This document shows, in pieces, positions 1-8,731 of a stretch of 64,000 nucleotides of DNA. The position numbers and the translations under genes were made by a program. The stretch comes from Alphaproteobacteria bacterium bin98 (GTDB taxonomy: Bacteria; Pseudomonadota; Alphaproteobacteria; Bin98), in contig MPNG01000002.1 in assembly GCA_002238905.1 (NCBI GenBank), positions 46,786 to 110,785 on the forward strand. The letters are read 5' to 3'. The notes beneath the pieces were generated by a model, which did not search any database, was not told the origin of the DNA, and saw nothing but the letters and a program-made list of their open reading frames with translations. How positions within the stretch are numbered: the stretch's first letter is position 1; the number at the start of each line of letters is the position of its first letter.

Positions 1-1892
1 TTATCATGGAAAATATCCACAGACATTTGAGCGAAAATAAGAAAATGTCTGCGCTCGATGCCTCCATTAAAGGTGGATCAGAAATTGCTTTTGCTGTGAT
101 TGCAATGACATTAACGCTTGCCGCGGTTTACTTTCCTATTACGCTAGCGCGTGGTGCCGTTGGTAAATTCTTTACTGAGTTTGCTGTGACGATGGCTGGG
201 GCTGTGCTTGTTTCAGGGTGGGCAGCACTTACGCTTTCTCCTATGATGTGTGCTATTCTCTTTAAGCGTCGTGAAAACAAGAGTCGTTTTGTACTTCCAG
301 AAAAAGTGAAAAACTTTCTGAATCTTTTTTATGCAGAAAGGTATATTCCTCGCATGGAACAATCTTTAAAAAGAAGCGTTTTGCAGATATACAGTATCCG
401 CAAAGGATTTATGTTTATTATTATTTTGCTCTCATCGCTTGGTATTGCTCTCTTTATGCATCTTCCAAAAGAGCTTGTTCCTAAAGAAGATCAAGGGTTG
501 ATAAACGTATCCGCTATGATACCTCAGGGTGCTACTCCGCAGTTTTTGGATAGGTATATGAAAGAAACAGATGAGATCTTGCAGACAATACCAGAAATTG
601 AAAGCCGTTTAACGATTGTTGCGCAGCCCAATCCAATGTCATGGACATTTTTGAAGCCGTGGAGTGAGCGTAAGAGAACTTCTGTGCAAATTATTGATCA
701 AGAATTGCGTCAGAAATTAAAGTCTGTTGCAGGTCTGCACGTTTATGCGTCGCCTGGGTCTACTATTTTGGGATCAGGTGCTTCCGATGAATATGTGCAG
801 TTTGTGCTGGAAACTACAAAATCTTATAATGATTTAGATACGGCTGCTCAGCTGGTTGAGTCTGCTTTGCGTGCTCAAAAGATTCTTCCATTTTTAACCA
901 CAGATAGAGGAGAAGATACACAAGAGTTTGTCGTAGATATTGACCGTGATAAGGCCATGTTAATGGGCGTGAATATGCAAACAATTGCAGAAACGCTTGA
1001 TACCTTTGTTTCTGGGCGTCGTTTGACAGACTACCGAAGAGAAACAGAGCAATATGACGTGATTGCTTCTGTGCGTCAGAATGAAAGAGAGTCTATAGCG
1101 GACCTTGGTCGTATTCATGTTCGTGGTGGAGTGTCGCGCTATACTGGACAGGACATGATGATCCCTCTTGAGCAGCTTATTGACATTAAAACTAATGCTG
1201 TACCGTTGCAAATTAATCACCACAACCAGCTGCGCTCTGTTACACTTTCTGGTGAATTGGCCGCTCACGTTAGTCTTGGAGATGCTGTAGAGATATTCAA
1301 AGATATTGCTTACGAAGTCTTGCCTGAGGGAGTGCGTTATGAATTTGCGGGGCAAACCAAGCAGTACTTAGAGTCACGCTATTTGTTGCTCTTTGTATTT
1401 TCGTTGGCGGTGATTTTTATCTATCTTGTTTTGGCTGCGCAGTTCGAAAGCTTTTTGGATCCCCTCATTATTTTGTTTACGGTACCACTTTCTCTGGCAG
1501 GAGCGTTGACGACGCTTGCGTGTGTAGGTGGATCTATGAATATCTATACGCAAGTCGGGCTTATTACCCTGATTGGGTTAATTACAAAACACGGAATTTT
1601 GATCGTGGACTTTGCTAATAAAAAGCGCAGGCAAGATAAAACAGTGACGCCTATTAACGCAGCGGTTGAGGCAGTGGTGTTGCGTTTGAGACCCATTTTG
1701 ATGACAACAGCGGCTATGATTATGGGAGCTGTGCCGCTTATTATAGCGGTGGGGGCTGGTGCCGAAAGTCGTCGTCAAATAGGATGGGTTATTGCTGGTG
1801 GTATGATAATTGGAACGTTTTTTACCCTCTTTGTTGTGCCTCTTGTTTATGATGCATTTGTTTCAATAAGTGAAAAACGGAGAAGTAAATAA
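1..1892 (+). CDS. RND (AcrB/HAE1-like) efflux transporter permease, C-terminal ~630 aa; 5' end lies outside the window
   Basis: The frame is open from the window edge. TM clusters (AFAVIAMTLTLAAVYFPITL, LIGLITKHGILIVDFAN, RPILMTTAAMIMGAVPL) flank a large soluble loop, as in RND inner-membrane pumps. Confidence 0.85.
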   Translation, partial: IMENIHRHLSENKKMSALDASIKGGSEIAFAVIAMTLTLAAVYFPITLARGAVGKFFTEFAVTMAGAVLVSGWAALTLSPMMCAILFKRRENKSRFVLPEKVKNFLNLFYAERYIPRMEQSLKRSVLQIYSIRKGFMFIIILLSSLGIALFMHLPKELVPKEDQGLINVSAMIPQGATPQFLDRYMKETDEILQTIPEIESRLTIVAQPNPMSWTFLKPWSERKRTSVQIIDQELRQKLKSVAGLHVYASPGSTILGSGASDEYVQFVLETTKSYNDLDTAAQLVESALRAQKILPFLTTDRGEDTQEFVVDIDRDKAMLMGVNMQTIAETLDTFVSGRRLTDYRRETEQYDVIASVRQNERESIADLGRIHVRGGVSRYTGQDMMIPLEQLIDIKTNAVPLQINHHNQLRSVTLSGELAAHVSLGDAVEIFKDIAYEVLPEGVRYEFAGQTKQYLESRYLLLFVFSLAVIFIYLVLAAQFESFLDPLIILFTVPLSLAGALTTLACVGGSMNIYTQVGLITLIGLITKHGILIVDFANKKRRQDKTVTPINAAVEAVVLRLRPILMTTAAMIMGAVPLIIAVGAGAESRRQIGWVIAGGMIIGTFFTLFVVPLVYDAFVSISEKRRSK

Positions 1893-2137
1893 TGAAAAAA
1901 ATAACAGTATATGGACGTGAGATATGTCCTTATTGCGTGCGAGCAGTATCTTTTCTGAAAGATAATGATTATGATTATGTCTATCATGATCTTCCTCGAG
2001 GGTCTGATCTTGAATCAGAGGTGTTTGAGCGTTCAAACGGCATGCGTACAGTTCCTCAAGTCTTTGTAGGAGAGCGTCATATAGGTGGGTACACTGATTT
2101 GCTGAAAGCCCATCAAGATGGATCGTTGCAAGAATAA
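1892..2137 (+). CDS. grxC: glutaredoxin (GrxC-type, CPYC active site)
   Basis: 81 aa. Has ITVYGREICPYCVRAVSFL and RTVPQVFVGERHIGGYTDL glutaredoxin signatures. TAATG overlap with the upstream RND gene. Confidence 0.85.
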   Translation: MKKITVYGREICPYCVRAVSFLKDNDYDYVYHDLPRGSDLESEVFERSNGMRTVPQVFVGERHIGGYTDLLKAHQDGSLQE

Positions 2138-2505
2138 TGTTTTTGAAAAAAACTTTTTTACGCTTTTTTCTTTTCTGCGCTATTGTGGCTTCCACTGTGT
2201 TGGTATGTAATGTACGAAAAGAACAAAAAGCACAAAAAATAGAAATTTACGGATACAACTGGTGTACATGGTGTGTTAAAGCAAAGGAATTATTGAGAAA
2301 TAAAGGTATTGATTTTGAGTACCATGACCTTGAAGGCGCTAGTGAACAATTGAAGGAAAAAGCTTTCAGTGGCTTGCATTTAAATCAAACACGTACAGTT
2401 CCTCAAATTTTTCTGAATAACTCTTATATTGGTGGTATGGCAAATCTCGAAAGAGCTGTTCAGTCGGGAAAGATCAAAAGATCTAACAAGGCTGTGTGCG
2501 TGTAA
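2137..2505 (+). CDS. glutaredoxin-like protein with N-terminal hydrophobic anchor or signal (CTWC motif)
   Basis: 122 aa. N-terminal FLRFFLFCAIVASTVLVC hydrophobic segment, then IEIYGYNWCTWCVKAKELL ... RTVPQIFLNNSYIGGMANL. TAATG overlap with grxC. Confidence 0.65.
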   Translation: MFLKKTFLRFFLFCAIVASTVLVCNVRKEQKAQKIEIYGYNWCTWCVKAKELLRNKGIDFEYHDLEGASEQLKEKAFSGLHLNQTRTVPQIFLNNSYIGGMANLERAVQSGKIKRSNKAVCV

Positions 2506-3433
2506 GAGAAAGAAATTTCTCACGTCTTTGAGCGCGGCATTGCTCGGGTGAGTATTGTTGGAACGATAGCAAGCTTTCGTGTATGGCGCTTTTGACGCTT
2601 TGTACAACTTTATCTGGATGACGATGAGCACCCCCAATGGGTTCTGGCAGTATGGCATCAATAAGATTGAGCTTGTAAAGGTGTTGTGCTGAACACTGAA
2701 GAGCTTCAGCAGCTTTTTCTTTTTTTGCGCTGTCGCGCCATAAAATGGAGGCACACCCTTCAGGAGATATGACAGAGTATACAGATTGCTCAAGCATGAA
2801 TACTGTGTTGGCAGCTGTGAGCGCAAGTGCGCCACCAGATCCGCCTTCACCAATAATCACAGATACCACAGGAACGCGCAAGGAAAGTGTGACATCAACG
2901 CATCGAGCTATCGCTTCAGCTTGCCCTCTGTTTTCTGCTTCTGGTCCAGGGTAAGCGCCTGGTGTGTCCACGAGCGTTACAACGGGAATTCCCATGCGCT
3001 CTGCAAGTTGCATGGCGCGTTGAGCTTTTCTATACCCTTCTGGTTTGGGCATACCAAAATTGTGTTTAATGCGTGACTGTGTGTCGTGCCCTCGCTCTTG
3101 GCCAATAACCATTGCGGGTGTTTGATTAATAAATCCCATGCGACACACAATAGCTTGATCATCAGAAAATAAGCGATCACCCGAAATGGGGGTTTGTTGT
3201 GTCAGAAAATGATTAATATAGCTTGTCGCCTTAGGCCGCTCAGGATGGCGTGCTACTTCAACCTTCTCCCACGTGGAGAGATTTTTGTATTTTTTTTGTA
3301 TCTTGTCAGCAAGTGTTGCTTCCAATTGCCTTACGCTGTCTTCAAGAGAAGAATCGTTTTGCGCTGAAGCGCGTAAATCCTTGATCTTTTTTTCCAAGAT
3401 TAAAATATTTTTTTCAAATAAAAGCACTACCAA
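2483..3433 (-). CDS. accA: acetyl-CoA carboxylase carboxyltransferase subunit alpha
   Basis: 316 aa. Start resembles AccA (LFEKNILILEKKIKDLR). Carboxyltransferase core motifs PVVTLVDTPGAYPG and VVSVIIGEGGSGGALA. TTG start. Confidence 0.9.
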   Translation of the reverse strand: MVVLLFEKNILILEKKIKDLRASAQNDSSLEDSVRQLEATLADKIQKKYKNLSTWEKVEVARHPERPKATSYINHFLTQQTPISGDRLFSDDQAIVCRMGFINQTPAMVIGQERGHDTQSRIKHNFGMPKPEGYRKAQRAMQLAERMGIPVVTLVDTPGAYPGPEAENRGQAEAIARCVDVTLSLRVPVVSVIIGEGGSGGALALTAANTVFMLEQSVYSVISPEGCASILWRDSAKKEKAAEALQCSAQHLYKLNLIDAILPEPIGGAHRHPDKVVQSVKSAIHESLLSFQQYSPEQCRAQRREKFLSLTRTQPC

Positions 3434-3485
3434 ATTAAACCATATATAACCTGTTAAGGCAATGTGATAAATGATAATATGATGT

Positions 3486-4541
3486 GTGAAGATAGCGATT
3501 TTGACAGGTGGCGGTGATTGTGCGGGCTTAAATGCAGCGGTGCGCGCTGTAGTTGTGAACGCTACAAGGAACCATGATTCTGAAGTTTGGGGAGTTCAGG
3601 GTGGACTCTACGGCCTGCATGAAGGTCAATTTGAAAAACTAGAAAGCAATTTTTGGTACAAAGAAGGCTTTGTTTTAGAGCGAGGTGGTACGCTTTTAAA
3701 AACAAGAGTAAAGAGGCTTCCTCCAGAGGGTGTGGAGCGCGAAAAGTTTGCTGTTGAATGTGAAAAGGTGTTGCGTAGCCAAGGATTTGATGCATTAGTG
3801 ATTGTGGGTGGTGATATTACTTTGGGCATGGCCAGTATCATATCGAAGCAAAACTTTCCGGTGATAGCGATTCCCAAAACCATTGATAATGATGTTCTTG
3901 ATACAGAATCCATAGGGTTTAATACCGCTTTGCAGGTAGGTGTGAATGCTATGGACAGAGTGCGTACAACGGCTATGAGTCATGATCGCGTTATTATTGT
4001 TGAGGTGATGGGGCGTGATGCAGGATTTTTACCTTTAAGTGTCGCTATTGCGGGCGGTGCAGATATTGCATTGATACCAGAGATTCCTTACCAAATAGAA
4101 GATTTGATAGAAGCGATACAAGAGCGTAAGAGGCGTGACGGTTTTGTGACTATTGTTATCTCAGAAGCAGCGTTTCCTGAAGGCGTACAAAAGAATAAAG
4201 TGGGTGTGATGGGCAATCAGCGTTACAGAGGCGCAGCACATATTCTGGAAGAAAATTTGTGTGATCAAGTACACTCTGTGCGCTCTGTGATTTTAGGTCA
4301 TGTGCAGCGTGGTGGCGCGCCTTTGGCGTTTGACAGAATTATAGCAAGTCGTATGGGTGTGGCGGCGGTTAACGCTCTTAAGGCGGGGAAAAGTGACATT
4401 ATTATTGGTTGGGATGGTTCTGCCTTAACAGAAATTCCTCTCAATAAGATTCAAAGTCGCTCGTTAAATGTCGAGAGTAATCTTGTGCAAACAGCAATTG
4501 GACTCGACATTTTTCTTGGAAAGGATTTGAAAAAATCGTGA
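3486..4541 (+). CDS. pfk: 6-phosphofructokinase (phosphoryl donor uncertain)
   Basis: 351 aa. Motifs KIAILTGGGDCAGLNAAVR, VIVGGDITLGMA, IPKTIDNDV, VMGRDAGFL, LGHVQRGG. GTG start. Confidence 0.85.
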   Translation: MKIAILTGGGDCAGLNAAVRAVVVNATRNHDSEVWGVQGGLYGLHEGQFEKLESNFWYKEGFVLERGGTLLKTRVKRLPPEGVEREKFAVECEKVLRSQGFDALVIVGGDITLGMASIISKQNFPVIAIPKTIDNDVLDTESIGFNTALQVGVNAMDRVRTTAMSHDRVIIVEVMGRDAGFLPLSVAIAGGADIALIPEIPYQIEDLIEAIQERKRRDGFVTIVISEAAFPEGVQKNKVGVMGNQRYRGAAHILEENLCDQVHSVRSVILGHVQRGGAPLAFDRIIASRMGVAAVNALKAGKSDIIIGWDGSALTEIPLNKIQSRSLNVESNLVQTAIGLDIFLGKDLKKS

Positions 4542-7048
4542 AAAGAATTTATATAGTGGATGGTTTTTGTCTGCTTTTTCGTGCTTTTTACGCGATTCCT
4601 TCTCTAACAAGATCAGATGGCCTCAACATTGGTGCTCTTTATGGTTTTCTTTCCAGCATGATCAAATTGATCAAAGAAGAATCTCCCGAGCACATTTTGA
4701 TTGCGCTGGACTCGCCTGGGCCAGGTGTGCGGCATGATCTTTATCCAGAATATAAGCAAAATCGTTCCGAGGCTCCTCCTGAAATCATCGAGCAGATTGA
4801 AAGATTCACCGAAATGCTAGATGCTTTAAATTTTCCGCATGTTTCTTGTCCGAGATATGAAGCAGATGATATTATTGCTTCTTACGCGAAGGAAGCAACA
4901 CGTAAAGGGTATGAGGCTGTTATTGTTTCAAGCGATAAAGATTTGGCACAGTTGGTTGGTGATGGCGTGTATATTTTGCATCCCTCAACCATGCAAAAGC
5001 AAGATCGGTCTGGGGTGCATGAGAAGTTCGGTGTTGATCCAGAGAGTATCAAAGAATATCTTATGCTGGTTGGTGATTCCTCCGACAATGTCCCTGGTGT
5101 ACGTGGTGTTGGACCCAAAACAGCCCTGAAACTTCTGCATAAATATCAGAATATTGATGGTATTTATGAGCACATTCATGCACTGACTCCTTCTGCGCAA
5201 AAAGCATTTGAGAATTTTAAGCCATTTCGTTCTGTGGCCGAAAAATTAATTGAGCTTCGTGATGATTTGGAAAAAACGCTTCCGATAGAGCAAACACTCT
5301 GGAAAGGTCTTACGGAAAAGAGCGCTGATGATGTTGTGCGCCGGTATGAGTTCTTTAGCTTGAAAAATAAGATTTTTTCCCTTATTCAAAAAGAAGAGAA
5401 GGAAGCTGTATGTCAGCAGGTTTTTTCCTTAAATGAGCACGAACAAAAGTTTTGTGAAGAAGTGCGTCTAGCGAGTCGTTTGGCGTGTATTCCTTTCGGA
5501 GAAAACTACTTTTTTAGTACCCACAATCAAAAGGTATACGAATGTACTGTGATTCCAGAGTGTGTGGAAGCGCTTATACAACAAAAAGAAATACAATTGG
5601 TTGTTTGGAGTGTGCGCAGTTTTGTTGATGAAGTAAGCGCTGCGCGGTGCGATGATCTGCAAGTGCTTCTTTATTTAAGTTTTGGCATTATTGCCTTGAA
5701 GGATGTGCACCGCGTGCCAGAGGTGATGGATATTCTGGGATCTTGTGAGGGCGATGAAATCTCTATTGCATGCGCTGTAAGTGCGTGCGCTCTTGATTTG
5801 TATGATTTATGTATACAAAGATTGCAAAAACAAAAATTGATCGCATGGTATAAGACAGTAGAGCTCCCGCTGTTAAATGCACTCTCTTCTATGGAAGAGA
5901 GGGGTGTGAAGATTGATGCAAAAGCTTTAAAAAGTTTGGAAAAAACATTAATACACTCAATGCAAGCAGATGAAGCGGATGTTTTTGAGCATGCTGGCTG
6001 TCAATTTAATCTTGGATCCAGTCAGCAGCTTGCGACAGTGCTGTATGACCAGAAAAAGCTTTTAAATCAATCAAAGAGTCGCTCTACAGATGCAGGAGTT
6101 TTAGAGGCCATTGCCGATCACCCTCTTGTGAAGAGTTTGTTGCGTTGGAGGCATAGCCGCAAGCTGTTAACCACCTATATTCTTCCTTTGCAAAAGAAAG
6201 CTATCAATTCTGTAATTCACACGCATTTTACAAGTACACACACGTTATCTGGGCGTTTTTCTTCTTTTAATCCTAATATGCAAAATATTCCCATACGCAC
6301 AGAAGAGGGTCGTTTAATTAGAGAAGCCTTTGTTGCGCGTGAAGGATATCAGTTCTTGGTGTGTGATTATTCGCAAATAGAGCTGAGATTGCTGGCTCAT
6401 TTTGCAGACAATGGTCTGTTAATGAAATCCTTTGAGCAAGGGAAAGATATTCATACCGCGACCGCTTCTGTGGTGTTTGATGTGCCTGAAAGCGAAGTCT
6501 CTAAGGAGCAAAGGCGTTATGCAAAGACGGTAAACTTTGGGTTGATTTATGGTATGGGCGCATCGTCTTTGGCTACTATGCTTAAGGTAACAAAAGAGAA
6601 GGCCAAAGAGCTTTTGGAGGCGTGTCTTGGTCGCTTTTCTGAAATTCAAGGATATATTGCGGCAATGCAGAGCCATGCAGAGCGTGCAGGGTATATTGAA
6701 ACAGTGGTGGGTAGGCGTTGTTATTTACCAGGAATTTCTTCTGAGCGTTCTCATGAAAAGGCGCACGCTCATCGTCAAGCTATTAATATTCCTCTGCAGG
6801 CCAGTAATGCCGATATTATGAAAATTGCAATGGTTCGTATACAAGAGGCGTTGTGTGATTATGATGCTTTTCTTGTTTTGCAAGTGCATGATGAACTTAT
6901 TTTGGAGGTTCGTAAGCAGGATGTTGATAATGTTGCAGAAATTTTGCGCACTGTTATGGAAGCTGTGATGCATTTAAGAGTGAGTCTCCCGGTGAACATT
7001 TCTGTGGGAGACAATTGGCATACGATGACTACGATCGCGCGCCCATGA
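4538..7048 (+). CDS. polA: DNA polymerase I (5'-nuclease plus polymerase domains; 3'-5' exonuclease motifs look degenerate)
   Basis: 836 aa. N-terminal 5'-3' exonuclease motifs (YEADDIIAS, GDSSDNVPGVRGVGPKTA). Family-A polymerase motifs (DYSQIELRLLAH, RRYAKTVNFGLIYG, QVHDELILEV). Confidence 0.92.
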   Translation: MKRIYIVDGFCLLFRAFYAIPSLTRSDGLNIGALYGFLSSMIKLIKEESPEHILIALDSPGPGVRHDLYPEYKQNRSEAPPEIIEQIERFTEMLDALNFPHVSCPRYEADDIIASYAKEATRKGYEAVIVSSDKDLAQLVGDGVYILHPSTMQKQDRSGVHEKFGVDPESIKEYLMLVGDSSDNVPGVRGVGPKTALKLLHKYQNIDGIYEHIHALTPSAQKAFENFKPFRSVAEKLIELRDDLEKTLPIEQTLWKGLTEKSADDVVRRYEFFSLKNKIFSLIQKEEKEAVCQQVFSLNEHEQKFCEEVRLASRLACIPFGENYFFSTHNQKVYECTVIPECVEALIQQKEIQLVVWSVRSFVDEVSAARCDDLQVLLYLSFGIIALKDVHRVPEVMDILGSCEGDEISIACAVSACALDLYDLCIQRLQKQKLIAWYKTVELPLLNALSSMEERGVKIDAKALKSLEKTLIHSMQADEADVFEHAGCQFNLGSSQQLATVLYDQKKLLNQSKSRSTDAGVLEAIADHPLVKSLLRWRHSRKLLTTYILPLQKKAINSVIHTHFTSTHTLSGRFSSFNPNMQNIPIRTEEGRLIREAFVAREGYQFLVCDYSQIELRLLAHFADNGLLMKSFEQGKDIHTATASVVFDVPESEVSKEQRRYAKTVNFGLIYGMGASSLATMLKVTKEKAKELLEACLGRFSEIQGYIAAMQSHAERAGYIETVVGRRCYLPGISSERSHEKAHAHRQAINIPLQASNADIMKIAMVRIQEALCDYDAFLVLQVHDELILEVRKQDVDNVAEILRTVMEAVMHLRVSLPVNISVGDNWHTMTTIARP

Positions 7049-7170
7049 AGGAAGAGCGTTGCAGGTGAATCGCCTTTTGTAAAGAAAGTGTGCGCAGTAT
7101 GACAAGCCTGAGTTTTTTAGCATGACGCCTTGTGCTAGACTAAACTAGTCCCAGGGAGAGATGTGAGCTT

Positions 7171-8097
7171 ATGGTGTGTCAACATGGCATAAAAACGACT
7201 GGACGTATGGAAGAAAGAGCCCTATCTATGAGGGCCATGAAAGCTTCCTTGATTGCTAATACATTGATTGTTATAATCAAGTTTTTTGCGTGGCAAAAGA
7301 CTGGTGCTATTAGTTACTTATCAGGACTTTGCGAAGTATTTTTTGATTGGAATGTAGCGGTGATGAACCTCATTGTTATGATGATGGCGCACAGGCCTGC
7401 AAGCGCATATTATCGTTATGGATATGGAAAAGCTGAATCTCTAGGTGCGCTAGTGCAGGTGGGCATTGTTGTTTACGGAAGTGGTTGGTTGGTGTGGGAG
7501 TCTTTAGAGAGATTTGCCAACCCTCAGCCCATTAAAGAGCACTTTTTGGGTATTATGCTTATTTTGCTATCCACAGTGATTACAGTTTCTTTGGTGTTTA
7601 TCCAGAATAAAACGCTCAAGAAAACAGACTCACCGCTAGTGTCTAGTGATGCTGTGCACGCTCGAGGGCATTTGATGCTTAATTTGGGCATTATGGCCAC
7701 TCTGATTTTTAGTTATTTTGATATATGTCCTTATGTAGACCCGCTTTTTGGTGTGGCGGTTGCGCTGTATATGGTGATAGCGTCTTGGAAGGTCATGAAA
7801 AGCGCTTTGGGGAGCCTGCTAGATATGGAAGCTCCGCCTCATGTGCGTGCGCAACTTGAAAAGATTATTAATAGCCACAAAGATGTGGGTGGTTTTCATA
7901 AACTAAGAACGCGTTACGCAGGCGCTGATCTTTTTATACAAGTGCATGTGGAAATGAAAGGATCTATGCTTTTGCGTGAATCTCATGATATAGCTCATGA
8001 AATTGAGGAAAACATCTTGAAAGAATTTCCCAACGCACAGGTGGTGCTCCATCAAGATCCAATAGAAGAAGAAGAGGCTCACGCAAATGAATATTAA
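7171..8097 (+). CDS. cation diffusion facilitator (CDF) family metal efflux transporter
   Basis: 308 aa. Six predicted TM segments followed by a cytoplasmic C-terminal domain (HKLRTRYAGADLFIQVHVEM ... SHDIAHEIEENI). The start codon is uncertain; internal Met codons are possible. Confidence 0.72.
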   Translation: MVCQHGIKTTGRMEERALSMRAMKASLIANTLIVIIKFFAWQKTGAISYLSGLCEVFFDWNVAVMNLIVMMMAHRPASAYYRYGYGKAESLGALVQVGIVVYGSGWLVWESLERFANPQPIKEHFLGIMLILLSTVITVSLVFIQNKTLKKTDSPLVSSDAVHARGHLMLNLGIMATLIFSYFDICPYVDPLFGVAVALYMVIASWKVMKSALGSLLDMEAPPHVRAQLEKIINSHKDVGGFHKLRTRYAGADLFIQVHVEMKGSMLLRESHDIAHEIEENILKEFPNAQVVLHQDPIEEEEAHANEY

Positions 8098-8731
8098 GTG
8101 GTTTAAGACATATTTTACAGCAGGCCTTTTAGTGATGATACCTTTGTGTGTCACTATTTGGTTTTTGCAATCTACCGTCAACTTTTTTGATGATTTGGCT
8201 ATGAGATTTTTTCCAAGATTTCAAGATATATCGGATGGTTTTCCGGGCGCTGGTTTGATTTTGACTTTTATAATTTTTTTCCTCGTTGGTATAATTAGTC
8301 ACACAGTGTTTGGGGGATGGTTGTGGCGATTGAGTGAGCGCATTCTTGCCAAAATGCCTTTTGTTGGCGCAGTGTACGCAACGAGCAAGCAAATCTTTCA
8401 GGCTTTTCTTGTACGCAAAGGATCAAAATCACTTCAAAAAGTTGCCCTCTTGCGCTACCCTAGTGAACAACATTGGTGTATATGTTTTGTTACTGGCGAT
8501 GCACCTCAGAAAATTAAACAAGATTTAGGAAAAGATGTGAAGTGGTGTAGCGTTTTTATTCCAACCGCGCCTAACCCAACTTCCGGAATTTTATTAATAG
8601 TTGAAGAAGAGAAGCTGCATATTCTTGATATGGCAGTGGAAGAAGGTATGCGCTTTGTGGTGACTGCTGGTATGGCGTTGCCTGATCAAAATCTTATCAA
8701 AAAAGGCACAGGAGTGTCAGATAAAGCATGA
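8087..8731 (+). CDS. DUF502-family membrane protein
   Basis: 214 aa. Two N-terminal TM segments. Has P.VGAVYATSKQIFQAF and the IPTAPNPTSGILLIV motif typical of DUF502. Overlaps neighbours on both sides. Confidence 0.6.
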   Translation: MNIKWFKTYFTAGLLVMIPLCVTIWFLQSTVNFFDDLAMRFFPRFQDISDGFPGAGLILTFIIFFLVGIISHTVFGGWLWRLSERILAKMPFVGAVYATSKQIFQAFLVRKGSKSLQKVALLRYPSEQHWCICFVTGDAPQKIKQDLGKDVKWCSVFIPTAPNPTSGILLIVEEEKLHILDMAVEEGMRFVVTAGMALPDQNLIKKGTGVSDKA

